64,000 nucleotides of DNA, taken from the NCBI RefSeq assembly GCF_006345805.1, contig NC_043000.1, positions 148,552,001-148,616,000 on the forward strand. Direction: 5' to 3'. The DNA is from Octopus sinensis (Eukaryota). The notes beneath the pieces were generated by a model that worked only from the letters and a program-made list of their open reading frames with translations, had not been told where the DNA came from and made no database searches. This document shows positions 1-14,420 of the stretch, in pieces (the stretch's first letter is position 1; each line of letters begins with the position of its first letter). The translations under genes and the position numbers were made by a program.

Positions 1-62
1 ATGCTTATTGTAAATTATATTATTTATGCTACTTGAGATAAACAATATTAGAATGAGATTAT

Positions 63-78
63 CAACAACAACAACAAC

Positions 79-146
<68 letters not shown>

Positions 147-160
147 CAGCAGCAGCAACA
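63..160. repeat. compound trinucleotide microsatellite (CAA)n-(AGT)n-(CAG)n
   Basis: Read directly from the sequence. Confidence 0.95.
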
Positions 161-559
161 GCGGATTTTATGATATACTGTTGCTCTGCTCCATTATAGG
201 GAGAAAATGTTCCTTCGGATTACAACTGATTCGTTTGGCTCAAGCAAAATAAAATGCAATTTTTTTAATAACCTATAATAGTAATTTTTATTAAATAGGG
301 AAACTACTAATTTAAAATGTAGATTGTCGTAATGAAAATAAAAGGTGTCAATTTGAAAAAACGAAGAGGTTTGCCTCCATTTTGGGATCACGCCCTCTAT
401 CAAGAAAGAGAATAGAGTTCGTTCTGTTTCAGATTAAATATATCCGTAAGTACTAAGTTTGGATACCCAGAACTCTTCCTAGTCTCCTTTAATAAAAAGC
501 CTGAGCCTTTGCTTATTACATTTATATAAGCTTCTACTCTTCTTGGATTATTTGATAAT

Positions 560-1800
560 GACACAGGCTTTTCTATTGATGTAGAAGCTTTCATCCTGTT
601 GCCCAAAAAAGGTTATCAAAAACAGATATAACGTCATCATCAGTGCGGTACTAGTTCCCAGCCAAGTGTTTTTTTCCTGTTGGAAACAGATGATAGTCAG
701 ATGGGGCCAAATCAGGAGAATAGGGAGAATGAGCAACGAGTTCAAAGCTAGAGTCACGCACAGCAGCCATTGAAACTAAGGGCTTGCGTGCTGGAGCATT
801 GTCCTGATGAAACAAGACCCATTTTCACCAGTTTGGCCTTGACAATATTTCGTAACTGTCTCCGCAAGTTTGCATAGTACTCTCAATTGATGGTGTGGCC
901 CTTTTGAAGATAGTCAATAAACTCAGTGTTTTTTGCATCCCAAAAAACTGAGACCATCAGATGGAACGACCTTGGCCTTGTTTGGAGCAGGTGAGGATGG
1001 GTACTTCCCCTGCATGGATTGTCTCTTTGTCTCTGGATCAGAGTGACGAACCCAATATTCATCCTGACTTGGGAAATGTTAAAAAAAAACAGTTGGATCT
1101 ACCTCAAACAATGTCAGATTTGCCCCGTGATGTGATCAGCCTGATGTGCTTTTGATCAGGTGTCAGATGTAGCACCCACCGAGAAGAAATCTTCGTCATG
1201 ACAACTTCATTGTGCTGAATATTCTCAACTCTCTTACTGGATGTGCTAATAGCATTGGATATTTGATTTATAGTCAGTCGCCTGTCAGCCTTCAGTATAT
1301 GGTGAAAACGATCAACGTTTTCCTTGGGAGTGGCAGTTGCAGAACATCCAGACTCTCCCTTCTCCTCCTAAATTCAGCTTCCCGCTTTTGCACTGTTGAT
1401 AAATCTAGAACGGCATCCCCTAACGTAGTAACCATGTCTACTTGAATGTCCTTGAGAGCTAAACCCCTTTTCTACAGGTACTTGGTAATACCACGGTGCC
1501 GAAGTTTGCCGATGTTCAAGAGAAGTCGCTACTAGTTACTTTTGAAACCTTCTTTGAATAATTAGAGGTGAGTTTACCTGGAAAGAAACAGAGGAGTTAT
1601 TAACAAGAAGGGTTGAAATAAATGCATACATGATTTCACAGCTCTAACATCACGTCTTCATATTCGGCCTATGAAATTTTCAGCACACTCTCGTATCACC
1701 CAACATTATCCAATGTAAAGTTGCTTTTTATTTAATAAGAGTAGGTTGGGATTTCAAAAAGGTTTGGCTGCAGTTTCAAGCTGGTCAAGTAACGTCTCTC
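560..1800 (-). mobile_element. decayed mariner (DD34D) transposon with transposase pseudogene (~1515 to ~560)
   Basis: Minus strand reads VLFHQDNAPARKPLVSMAAVRDSSFELVAHSPYSPDLAPSDYHLF (34 residues between the 2nd and 3rd catalytic D) and an N-terminus resembling mariner HTH (HRGITKYL*KRGLALKDIQVDMVTTLGD). Contains stops and frameshifts. Ends approximate. Confidence 0.9.
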
Positions 1801-2654
1801 TCATTCATATAGATGCGGTTATAGAGATGTTAGAAAAAAATGAAGAATGCAGTAAGGTATCTGGTTGGGTGGCTAAGGTGAACTTATAAGATAGTGAAGA
1901 CAATAAGAGAGGGACAGAGATGCAATGAGTAAGGCAAGAAGATATATTGTCAACAACATCAGTGTATTAGATGACGTTTTAGTAATCGTAGATGAGTCAT
2001 CAAGAGCATACAATCTGTTGGTAGTAAAGTGATTTAATGCAAGGATTGTGCCGGTTTACACTGTGCATTATGAAGGAGAAAGGGAACATATAGGTCCATC
2101 CATTTTTAACTGAAGCGAAATAAATCAGCCTTGCAGAAAATGGAAACATTTTTTCGCTAACTCGACCCATAGATACTTTATTTTTCCGAATCATTGTGTC
2201 GGTTTTCACGAAAAGCACAGTTGCCCATCGTTTCCTAGCCTATTATAGGATTCACATTGTGTTCCAAACAAGGTTAATAAACTCTAAAAGCACAGTTCGT
2301 GTAGCAGAAAACTGTCAGAATATTGATGTGCAATTCACTGCTGCAAGTCATAGAAGCACAGCTTAAACTATGTCAGTGCATCAATGAATGTTTCGTCTTT
2401 ATGAAGAGTATTTAGAGTAAATCCTTTTGGTGAAAGCCACCCTTCTCCAGGTTATTCTTATATAAATAGCTAAATTTACTACTACAAGTTAAGATAACAC
2501 TCGTCGATTTTCCAAGGCTTCCACTGCTCACGCGAGCTAGTTGTTCTTATCTCATAGTACACGTTTACAGCTAGATTGGCCGAGTCTTAAGAGATCTAAA
2601 TATCTCAGATGCAGTGTTTGAAACTGTTTACGAATTGCCAATATTTCGGCTAGT

Positions 2655-2855
2655 TTAAAGTGGCGAGCTGGCAGAATCGTTACCGTGCCGAGCAAAATGC
2701 TTAATAGCATTTCGTTCGCCTCTACGTTCTGAGTTCAAATTCTACCGGGGTCAACTTTAACTTTCATCGATAAAATAAGTACCAGTTGGACACTGGGATC
2801 GAAGTAATCGACTTATCCACTCTCCTAAATTGCTGGCCTTATGCCACAATTCTAG
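2655..2855 (+). mobile_element. SINE family B, short-tail form
   Basis: Head AAGTGGCGAGCTGGCAGAATCGTTA, B-box-like GAGTTCAAATTC, core ...GATAAAATAAGTACCAG and tail GCTGGCCTTATGCCAC; homologous to >10 other copies in the window. Confidence 0.8.
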
Positions 2856-3061
2856 CTTCCTAGAATCTCTTTTTTTACTTTTTTGCTTCAGCTTGAAATA
2901 CACAATGACTTTGTTACTGGTGAGGTTTTCCTTCTCATATTTTACCGTTATTTATCGAGTATTCTTATCAACTCTTTATCTTCTTATCGATTCTTTATCT
3001 GATTTGCACTTAGCTCACTTCAATCCAAATAAAAAGTAACGAGCCTAAAAGGGAGCCTCTA

Positions 3062-3230
3062 AATTGTCTTTCGACCTGCTAGAAACAATGGCCAAATCTT
3101 CTAGAAATAAGGACACGTTAGATAATGTAGTTCTACATAATCTTAAAAATACGCGATGGTCATGACTGGAATACTTTTTAGCATAGGTTTGCTCGATCAG
3201 AGCTTACCTAAGGTTAAACAACAACTTTCC
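3062..3230 (+). mobile_element. SINE-like repeat family D (AAC tail)
   Basis: GACCTGCTAGAAA...GCCAAATC...GGACAC.TTAGATAATGTAG...GTTAAACAACAAC; related copies at ~5300-5400(-), ~13295-13400, ~27200-27250, ~42110-42335 and ~61345-61530(-). Confidence 0.6.
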
Positions 3231-3497
3231 AGCAACGGTGATGAATACAAAAAAGTTTTATTTTCTTTTTTTCGATTTGACCAACCCATTTACTAAGCTG
3301 TCTCACGTGTTCTCTTCCAGAATGACATTGGAATTAAACTCCAGTCTCTGATGATAAGTCTACAAAAATACATTGACATTTACCTGATTGGTGAATAGTG
3401 TCCATTTTTATTGAAATGATGTTTCTTTTATATTCTTATCTGAGTATTTGAAAGGTTTTTCATCTTGTCTCAAGAAGATAAACGTGAGCTGGAGAAG

Positions 3498-3502
<5 letters not shown>

Positions 3503-3544
<42 letters not shown>

Positions 3545-3560
3545 GTGTGTGTGTGTGTGT
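3503..3560. repeat. (GT)n microsatellite
   Basis: Read directly from the sequence. Confidence 0.95.
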
Positions 3561-5444
3561 ATAGGTGTGTTCTTATTGTATCAAGTCCACCAGAAATCCT
3601 TTTTCTTCTTCAAATCATTACCGTTGGTGATGCTGATGCTGATGGTGGTGCTGAAAGGAATATCTAGTTACGGCTTTTCAAGCTTTGTGTTCAAATCTTA
3701 CCAAAGTCGACATTAGTTTCCATTCTTCCAAAGTCGGTTAAATAAGTGTATTAAGTACTTTTGCCGATTCTATTCACTGTACTCTGCTTCCAACATATGT
3801 GGTCATGTACCAAAATTGGAAATTTACAGCGGTAGGGGTTGAATGAAATAGTGGTCAGTTTTGGCGTTGAGTATCCCATTTGTTAGGTCAGCTGAATTAC
3901 CGACTCATTATATTGACTGAGAGCAAATAAATGAGTAGTTCTTAGACTTTTAGCGTAATCCTCAAGCTATGACAATTGAATTAAGATTTTAGACTTAGTC
4001 CGTCTTCCGATGAACAGTTCCCGTCTACTAAATTTTGATCATAAGCTTGAATAATCCCGAGACTATGAAAGCATCTTGCCAAGAGTTTCATAATTGAGAA
4101 ACAATTCTCTCAACCATTCGACTTCGCCTGTGCCATAATTAACTATATATTCCTCAGATACTCGTATCATTATTGTAACCCCGAATCAATAAGACACTGT
4201 GTATTAAAGTTGGACCCTCGAATAACATGTACGGCCCATTAGACGGTTTTCTGCGAAGAAAACGGCTACCCGTTTTCACTAAGAAGATTTTGGTTGACCC
4301 AAGTGGAAGAACATACCTAAAGTATTGCATACTGAAGTACATCTGGAACTTTATAATTGTGAATTTCATCGGAGCGTTTGAACCGGTTCCTTCGAGATTT
4401 GGACTATTGAAATAAATGAGATGTCAAACGCTCAACCGAAGAGTTCGAAATTTTAATCCCCCATCACAAGACTTTCTCCATTCTGGACGAAGTTCTTTGA
4501 TTTTCATAGTTCACCTATAAATTGATATGAAGTCGTAATGTTTCGTCTTGTAGTAGGCTTGTCATTTTTCTCTAATTTGACAAAATGATTCGAGCTTCTG
4601 AATATTTAAACAGTTGATTGGTTAATTAATTAATTAACTGTCAAATTAGGACTGTGTGAATTTGTATATATTATAGCAAACTGTGAACACATAGACAATG
4701 GAGAGAATACAATGAAAAAAAAGTGGGAAAAAAGAAGCGCTATATCATTACATAGAAATACACTTGATTAGATATTTTATTCTAAAACGTCGTTTCCAGT
4801 ATATTTCTAAGGAATTGATTAATAGGCAGCAGTACCTTTCCTTACAGCAAATTTTACCCGGACATTAATCGATATTTCGCTGGAGTTGGGAAGAAATATC
4901 GGGGAGTGGGGTGGATAACCAATTTATATGTGTTCAATATCGGTTTCAGAAGTATCATACTTTATTTGATGCGACGAACCATTAGCTTTACAAATTAATG
5001 TTCTCCCGAAGGTGTTTTTGTTTCTCTGTCGAAATAAGGGGATTATTTTTTTTTTCCAAACGTTACCCCGTGTTTACATATTTATCAGTAAAATATTGCG
5101 GTTATGAATAAAACTCTTTTTTTAATAGTTTTTTTTTTCTTTTTGTTAGTTAGTTTTAACCATTACTTGAAACTATTAGCAATCATCACTTGTTTTAACA
5201 ATGCAGCAAATTGTATCAATAAAATAAATATCCAATCAATAAATCGAGTTTGAAGACAAAATATTTAGTCGGGTATCATGATTACAGCCAGCAGATGCTG
5301 CTGTTGTTATTGTTGTTGTTTGCTTCAGGTCGACCCTAATTGAGCCGACTTATAATCAAATACGTTTTGTCAGCCATCATCCTATAATTTTTCAGACGTA
5401 CTTCATCGAATGTAGCCTTTATTATCGTCATTACTTTTATTTTC

Positions 5445-5834
5445 GTGGAGGCGCAATGGCCCAGTGGTTAGGGCAGCGGACTCGCGGTCATAGGATCGCG
5501 GTTTCGATTCCCAGACCGGGCGTTGTGAGTGTTTATTGAGCGAAAACACCTAAAAGCTCCACGAGGCTCCGGCAGGGGATGGTGGTGATCCCTGCTGTAC
5601 TCTTTCACCACAACTTTCTCTCACTCTTACTTCCTGTTTCTGTTGTACCTGTATTTCAAAGGGCCGGCCTTGTCACTCTCTGTGTCACGCTGAATATCCC
5701 CAAGAACTACGTTAAGGGTACACGTGTCTGTGGAGTGCTCAGCCACTTAAACGTTAATTTCACGAGCAGGCTGTTCCGTTGATTCGGATCAACCGGAACG
5801 CTAGTCGTCGTAACCGACGGAGTGCTTCCATCCC
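5445..5834 (+). mobile_element. SINE family A, full length (~390 bp, tRNA-derived head)
   Basis: A-box-like TGGCCCAGTGG and B-box-like GGTTTCGATTCC; 12-bp TSD ACTTTTATTTTC at 5433-5444 and 5835-5846; near-identical copies at 37171 and 63488. Confidence 0.9.
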
Positions 5835-6744
5835 ACTTTTATTTTCATACAGTAAGTGTAACTTTGGGAAGGCTCCGCTGCTTTTCATAGTTCAGTAACA
5901 CTTTTCCATGGCGGGGATCGACTCCAGACCGTTTAGCTGATATCTTAATTGCGATGTCGTATCTCGTCGATTCATTCTGCATGAAAAGTATGTTAAACGA
6001 AGTCAAGTAACCTGCAAGCGACAGTCATAAATAGAATATAGGAGAGCCACAGTAAATGTCACTGTCACATCGTAATTTTAAATAACAAAGAGCAAATGTA
6101 GGCAAATATCAAAACATCACAGAATCAATAGCAAGTCTATGAGATATTTCATCAAGTTAAATGCGTGTTTACTTCATGAATTCTTGGTTGTTAAAACGGT
6201 GTCTACACAAACAGAAAGGCAGCCTCTTTATTCCATATACGCAGCTGCACATACAAACGCAAATACATTGAAAGACAATTATATGGTTGTATATGAAACA
6301 GACACACACACATATATATGCATTGGTAACATCTATGCATCGATGTATGTGTATATGTATCTGTATACACACATACATACACATAAGCGGAGAGAAAACT
6401 ACTGTAACGAATCTTACTCTGACATTAACAGTTCAAAAGTTGAATGAATTAGTTTGCCGCGGCCATTGTCTTTTCTAATAGTATCGAATAAGATATATTG
6501 CAAGTAGTAAGAGAAAAGAGAATTAAATAAATTGATTAAAGATTTTCAGAGTTATCTTCCCTTCATTTCTTGATCTGAATTTATAATCAATCTAATTTAT
6601 CTTAATTTATACAAAAAAAATTGAAAAAAAGATATTTATCTTACGGTTTGGTAGAGTGTGTCCCTTGGTATCACTCCAAGCCCTAAGTTATCATGCCGCT
6701 TAGTGTTAATAAATAAATATATGTGCGAGGTTGAGTGTTGACTT

Positions 6745-6868
<124 letters not shown>

Positions 6869-8459
6869 GTGCTAAACCAAGTATTAAAAGAACTCGAACA
6901 TTGAAGTATTTATGTACTAATGGATATAACAGAATTACTATATGCAGAAAACCACTGGTTTCATGTAGGAAGCAGATCCTAAGTAAATCTATTGAAAATT
7001 TTTTACATTCCTCAGGCCTGTCTCTGTGTAGTTCCGTTTGAGATGAGAAAGCTTGAGAAACTATGAGACTAGACTCACTTCATTTTAAAGAAGAAATGTA
7101 GTCTAGAAATGGTAACTCTGTAGATTAGTTAGCTTGCATTATCTCTGATAATGGCTTGAAGAAACATTTTATCTAAATTATTACCAAATGTAAACCCATG
7201 ATATGTAGAAAGAAAAACCGCTGCCCTTTAGACTAAGCATACAATATCTCATCAGTTATCTACAAGGCAGAATACACTCCACCACCAACAACAACCACAC
7301 TGAATCAGTCAGTGGGGGGGGAGTATGATATCGATACACTGTTGAATTAATTTAAACGAAAGTTCTATAATTTGTCGCCTTTCAATCACCCAGACTAACA
7401 CGGCATTGTTAGTCTCCGTGTATGGTCTTTAGGAAACATCAAGATCAAATATGACATCGAAAGAAGCTTGTTCGAGAGGACAAAAACAGTCAAGTTCAGA
7501 CGTTTTCTGTAAGGGAACAAATTCTACAAAATCTCAAAGATTCAAATACTTACCTCAACAGTGAGGTCTTTGCAAGTTGCTCTGAGTCGGGCAACTTGAA
7601 AGCTTAGCCTCCAGACCACAAAACGATTTCTTGAACCACTTTGCTATGAACGATACGTTTTCAAATATTATCTCTTTCTTTATTTCCTCTTCACAGTATT
7701 TTTGCCTTCTAAGCACTTCTCTTCCTCTTTTATCGTTTCTTCTTTATCTTCTTTCTTGTTTTACTTCCCTCAAATTCTTTCATCTTCCCCTGTCTTTTTA
7801 CGTTCCCTTTTTAACATTTACCTTATATGAAGCTCTATGCTTATAGACTTGAGCCAGAATACGTTCAGTAAAATGCTATTAAATGCCTTCGCTCTTCCCT
7901 CTATGAGCTTCAGTGCACAGAATAAAGATTGTGTTCCCTTCACTATTGCTATTCCATTTTTTAAGACGAATATCTTAGATTAAATTTGATCATATTGTTT
8001 CTTTTTTCCATTACAATACTTAGTACAAGCAGTGAATCTAGCTAGGTAATATACAGAATTACGGTTCGTATACCATATATTTTTTCTCAGACTTTCTTGT
8101 CCCACATAAGACTTCAAGGAGTACCCGTCTTAAATGATTCAATTGTTATTTTGAAAGGTTCGACGGATGTAGGTAAGTTTCTATAGCCTTACTTAAGTCG
8201 TGCTTCTTACACGAAATCAGTGGCAGCTTGTATATGATTAATTTTGTTGTACCTGATATTGTGTGTGTGTGTTTGTACATGTAAAATTATACATACATAC
8301 ATAGACACATACATACATAAATCATACGTACAGCCGCGCGCGCACATACACACACAAACAACCCCACCCCATACACACACACACACACACACAAACACTT
8401 CGCTGAGAAGGTTTAATAACACTGAACAATATTCGGAGTTGCAATGGAATAAAATCCCA

Positions 8460-8500
8460 GATGAGTCAACCCTGGAATTTTATTCCAGGGTTGACTCATC
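8460..8500. other. perfect 19-bp-arm palindrome (3-nt loop)
   Basis: GATGAGTCAACCCTGGAAT-TTT-ATTCCAGGGTTGACTCATC; the arms are exact reverse complements. Confidence 0.9.
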
Positions 8501-8593
8501 GACTCCTTTTAGCCACAATTAATTATTAAACTTAACGATTCTTTCTCCTCCTCTTGACTGCCTATTGCTATAAGTTAGCGCCGAACCTACTTG

Positions 8594-9035
<442 letters not shown>

Positions 9036-11575
9036 TGTTCTTTATTAGCCCACCAGGGCTGCACACAGATAGAACAATTACAAGGTAGAGCTTTTCTTTT
9101 GAAGTTTAAAAAAAAAATAAAAATAAAAATAAAAAATAAAATAACAAATAAAATTTTTAAAAAAATAGAAAAGGGGGGTCGATCAAAAGGGATCGTAAAA
9201 GGAGAGAAAGAGGACAAAAAAAGGGGGGGTTAAAAAAAGGGGGAGAGGAAAAAAAATTGATCAATAGGGATCGTTATCACAGAAATGTCAATATGAAGTG
9301 TAAAGGGGAGGACAGGTGAGGTTTACCCGTGGAAAGAAAAGCCTACGGAAAAGACCACGGTAACCTCGGTCAATGAAGTCACATGTTATATTTCTTTTTT
9401 TTTTTTTGCAAATAAGCAACTCTCTGTATTAATTTTACGGTTCATAGAATCATAGTCAAGGTGCTTCGTCATTCATACGTGCCATCCTTGCTACATTCAC
9501 CCATCTTTTTTTAAAACATTCACTAGACAAAACTTACCTCTCTACTCTCACTTTTTTCTTCAAGTGATACTTGAAGAAGTTGATGAGAGATTGACCAGAG
9601 AGGAAAGTGTTTGTCTCTAATCCTTTCAGACGCGTCACCAGATACATTCTTTCGCCATAGCCACAAGTATGATAAAAATAGCTCTTCCTTCCCGTTTGAA
9701 GGAAGGAGGCGTGACGATATTAACGATAGACTCGGCTGATAAACCGACACGTCCCACACGTGACAGCAGTCGTTCGACATAAGCCCACAGGTGGGAAATT
9801 GCTGGACACTGCACGATTGCGTGCAGAGCGGTTTCGTCGCTCTGCCCGCATCTCGGGCAGGTCGGCCCCGTGTTTCTCGAGCCATGCCTCTGGAGCTTAT
9901 CCCGAACGGGTAGCGCTTCTCGGTAGCACCGCCAGGCCAGGGATCTCTGGAAGTTGTCCATAGGTCCCGGGCCGAAAGTCGTTTGAAACAGGCGGGTCAG
10001 GTATTCCTCGTCGACGCCCAGGTTTGCCCCGAGCTCGTCGTCGTACCTCCCCTCCACTAATCCCCTATAGAATGCTTTGGTTGTGTTGAAGTCACTCAAG
10101 GTCGACCCGGGACGGCAGAGTTGCTTGAGAGCAACGCGACACACTCGCGGTGCCATTCGCCCTTCTTCGGCCTCTTTTTGATCCACGACTGTAGTTCGGT
10201 CATGGAGACGAGTTGCGGGAATGCGTGCCTCACAAACGGCGACCACACCTGTTCACCGTCGTCTACATAGAGCCGGAGATGTCGCAGTCTCAGCGCGTGT
10301 CTGCGCATCATCAACCACGGCATGCCCAGCCCTCCTTTTAACGGGTGTTGACAGCAAATGGATCGCCTGACCATCGGGACGCATCCTTTCCACAAGAGCG
10401 GAAGAGGATGCGTTCTAGTTTGGTGATGGTAGGGTCGGGACAAGGTACGACGGTCAGGCGGTAGTAGATGATGGACGCGATGTACGCGTTCACCACCTCC
10501 GCCCGACCTTTTAGGGACAGTTTCCTCTCGGCCCATTGCTGGGCGAGAGTGACCACCCTACTCGTTATCTCGTTCCAGTTCTTCTCCATTTGGAGGTCCG
10601 GACCGAACCAGACCCCGAGCAACTCAACCGGGCCGTCTGTCCAGCGTCCCACGACGGAGGTACTGGTGGACGGCATGGGCTTGCTTCTCCAGGTGCCGAG
10701 CCGCAAGCCCACTGACTTTTCCCGGTTGATTTTTGCTCCTGTCACCGCTTCGTAGTCTTTCAGTGTCTCGCCGACCCGCTCGATGTGCTCGTGGCTTGAC
10801 ACTATGACGGTGACGTCGTCCGCGTATGCAGACACGCTCGTCCCGCATCCTAATTCTCGCGGGATGCCCCTCAGAGTCGCAGCTTCCGCAGTAGTGGCTC
10901 AAGAGTCAATACGTATAGAAGCGCCGAGAGGGGCATCCCTGACGGACCGAACGTGCAATGTCGAAGGGTCTCGATAGATGTCTATTTACGCGAATTACCG
11001 AACGGATGCCCCTGTACAAGGCAGCTATCCAGCCGCGGAAGACGGGACCGAAACCAGCCGCTCTCAGGACTGCCTCCAAGTATCGATGGTCTACCCTATC
11101 AAAGCTTTCGATTGATCCAAGTTGATCAGGGCCCCACCCATGCCAGGTTCGTTAACTACCCTGTCTATGATGTAGCGCATCAGATGGAGGTTGTCATGGA
11201 TGCTCCGGCCCGGCACGGCGCACGTTTGTGCGTTGTCGACCAGTTTCTCCATGACAAGCGCCAACCTCTTTGTCAAAATTTTCAGGTCTGCATTGAGCAG
11301 AGTGATTGGCTAAAGTATCTATAATGTTTCCCTTGTTTGGATCTTTCTTCAGCAGAGTTACAGCTCCTCGACTCACAAAACCGGGTATGCTCCCGTTTTG
11401 CTGCCAGTTGCAGTATACCGCTGCCAAGACGTCTCCAAACAAGTCTGGCATACAATAGTAAAATTCGTAGGGTAGACCATCCAAACCCGGGGATTTGTCC
11501 CTCGAGCATTCTGCCATCGCTTCCCGCACTTCCGCCGCCGTGATGGCACCTTCGCAGCACCCTGCCTTTCTTGCA
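9036..11575 (-). mobile_element. 5'-truncated L1/Tx1-clade LINE: frameshifted ORF2 (RT plus C-terminal CCHC) and ~410-bp 3' UTR
   Basis: RT motifs [52 protein letters not shown]; C-terminal CPRCGQSDETALHAIVQC; 3' UTR ends AATAAAGAACA followed by (TATC)n. The L1 versus Tx1 assignment is from motif resemblance only. Confidence 0.92.
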
Positions 11576-11804
11576 TTCATGCATACATGCATACATGTAT
11601 GCATGTATGTATGCATGTATGTATGTATGTATGTATGTATGTATGTATGTATGTATGTTTGTATGTATATATGTATGTATGTGTATATATGTATATATGT
11701 ATACATATATACATATGTATTTATGTGTATATACATATATATATATTATATATATATATATATATAATATATATATATATATTATATATATATATATATA
11801 TATA
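11576..11804. repeat. (CATG/TATG)n-(TA)n microsatellite between the LINE and the Helitron
   Basis: Read directly from the sequence. Confidence 0.95.
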
Positions 11805-13763
11805 CTAGCAGAGACACCTGGCGTTGCTCGGGATTTAAAATGGCATAGTTTGTATATAATATATTACAGTTATGTTAAAACAGGTGATATGGGAAAGTGC
11901 AGTACTGACAACAAAACATTTGTGGAGTAAATGATGGACTAATCTGACTAAGCAACATGCTATGCATCCGTTTGGAGTGTTTCAGGCCCTAACCTGTGTG
12001 GGTTATGTGATTTTTGAACGCATCGAAAAGCTGTCAGTGGATATACTCTCTTTTGCAGCAGTCGGCGCTGTGTCTAACACGACCCATCATCTGAAATGTT
12101 GACACCTCCTTCGGGTTTGTTGTCCTACATCACTCATAAAGTAAATTTCGAGGAACTGTGGTTGTTCATTTGTGGGTAACAGGGAACCAATGAGGTGATA
12201 GACTTGCCCTTGGACTTTGATGTCAGCGTAAAATCATGTTTAACTACCTTCTTAGATGCAGTAAACAATGTCATTTGAAATGCAGAGTTGTATTGTTTGA
12301 TATTATTCAGAAAATCCTTTGATTGGATGGAAGTGCCTTCTAGAAGATCCATAAGAGGTTGAGAAGGAGCTGGTAGTGCTGGCAATGTTACCTGACCGCC
12401 AGTGCAGCACATATCATTTGTTTCATTTGAAAATTTTAAAGCTCTACAGAAAAGGCAATTTGTGTTTAGCACACCAATTTGGACAGAGTTATTATTTTTA
12501 TAAAAATGGGATGGATCCTATCTGAAAACAGCTTCAAGAGTTGTGAAGATCGAATTTGTACGTAATCTGTTTCTGAGAGCTATTCTATTGGACCTCTGCC
12601 TAATCATTAAAACATTGATTTAATGATCCAGCATTAAGCGCTGCAAGACGCATTTGCTGATGTTGAGAAACTCTCATCTAGCTTCTCTCTTCAGACTCTC
12701 GCCTTCGGTTTTCGACAGTCCTCCTTGCTTTATACTTGTTTCTGGAGAGCTTACGTCTCTTCTTTGGTGGCATATTTTCCCCAATATTGTAAACAAAAAT
12801 TATGAACATAGAAAGAAATTATCCATTAATCCCTTTTTTGTAAGCCGTTGTATCCGTAAAAAATTTATTTGAAGAGAACAGAAATTGAAAGAAGAGAAAG
12901 CGAAAAGAACAGAGAAAGAAAGTGAAAGATGTATGTACGTCTATATGAAATGGACGTGTGTGTGGTATGTGTGTGTGTGCGTGCGTGCGTTCTTGCACGT
13001 GTGTATGTGAGAGAGAAAGAAGGTGAAAAAGAGATAAAGTGAGTGATGGGTGTGTGTCGTGATGATTGACGTCTTTTAAGGTACACACACATATAGAAAA
13101 TGTGACGGCATCGTATAAAATGTTTATGATAGTTGATCTATGGAAAAGGTTATGTTAAATTATTTAAATGCAAATATGTGAATAAGTTTAATTTGTAGCC
13201 AAAATACTACTGAATCTTTTGATACCCCATACATCAAAATCTGATCCTAGGTTTTGGAAAGCATAAGGAATATTGCCTCATTGATAGTATATATCAATGA
13301 GGCAGACCTCCACATGGTAGCTAGACCTGGTAAAAATAGCAGCCAAATCTTCCTCAAAACACCCTATCGTCTTAATCCTACAATTCTGCCTATTATGTAG
13401 TTTTAATGAGAAACTGTAGCTAAAGAGTAAGAATATTAACCCCACAGAGAGAGGAAAGAAGACAGACAACATATCGACGATTTTGGCTGACTGTCATCCT
13501 GTACTCCCTTTGTTGCTAGCGAAATGGCATGTGCCGGATGTCTGAGCAACTGGTTGTTTTAATGGCGGAACAAACAGGACATAAAGATTACAAAAATAGC
13601 AATTCTCACTTTGAAACTAACAATTTTGAAAATGTTTTTAGATTACGAATGCCCCACTTTCTCGTGTATCCATGTTTGAAATTTCAGCGCGATCGGATGA
13701 ACAATAATCGAGTTATAAGCGCACAAACAGACAGACCAACAGAACAGATTTTATATATTAAGA
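11805..13763 (-). mobile_element. internally deleted Helitron carrying a RepHel N-terminal pseudogene (ATG at 12773)
   Basis: 5' A|TCTTAATATATAAA at 13763; 3' hairpin CCCGAGCAACGCCAGG then CTAG|T at 11805. Decayed MPPKKRRKL..., IGVLNTNCLFCRALKFSNETNDMCCTGGQVTLP...FLNNIKQYNSAFQMT...KVQGQVYHLIGSLLP, typical of the RepHel N-terminus. Confidence 0.88.
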
Positions 13764-13949
13764 TGTGTGTGTGTATTATTTCGAAACGCGGAGTAGATTA
13801 AACAAGGGACAACTGATGAAGGGAATGTTCTTTAAGCTGTCTGTCTCGTTTCTCTATTTGTTTATTTTGTTGTTAAAAAAAAATTCGTTTTCCGTATTTT
13901 TGTTTTTGTTCTCGTTTCTCATTTTGTTTACGTTTTTTATGTCCTGTAC

Positions 13950-14420
13950 CCATATATGCATGTATATGTACATATATATGTAGGCATGTACATGTATGTG
14001 TGTATATATGCATACATCATATATCATTTATATTATTATATATTTGTGTGTATATATACATACATATATAATTTATTTATATTATTATATATATATGTGT
14101 GTATGTATATATATATATATATATAAATGTATGTATATATTTATATGTGTGTATATCTATATGTGTGTATATATGCATACATATATATATTATTTATATT
14201 ATTATATATTTGCGTGTATGTGTGTATGTATATATATATATATAAATGTATGTATATATTTATATGTGTGTATATCTATATATGTATATATATATGCATG
14301 TATGTATATATATATATATATAAATATGCATATACGTATATATATGCATGCACATATGTATATATGTATGCATGTATATGCATGCAAATGTGTATGCATA
14401 TGTATTCAAGCATATGTGTG
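13950..14420. repeat. degenerate (TA)/(TG)/(TATG) microsatellite
   Basis: Read directly from the sequence. Confidence 0.9.

Noticed and set aside
3321-3503. Plus-strand candidate exon (TTCCAG acceptor, AAG|GTGAGT donor)
   Set aside because: Stops in all three frames across the interval; could be non-coding but is unsupported.
4317-4403. Minus-strand mini-exon SKSRRNRFKRSDEIHNYKVPDVLQYAIL* with a furin-like RFKR after an AG
   Set aside because: Only 28 codons, no homology recognised and no supporting neighbouring exon; compatible with chance.
5445-5520. tRNA-like sequences (also at 20593, 25963, 37171 and 63800)
   Set aside because: A and B boxes are present but each continues into a SINE body without a complete acceptor stem; these are SINE heads, not tRNA genes.
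7553-7646. Minus-strand GAG|GTAAGT donor with a short open frame and a CAAGTTGC/GCAACTTG hairpin
   Set aside because: Weak acceptor, unrecognisable peptide; such signals are expected by chance in 64 kb.
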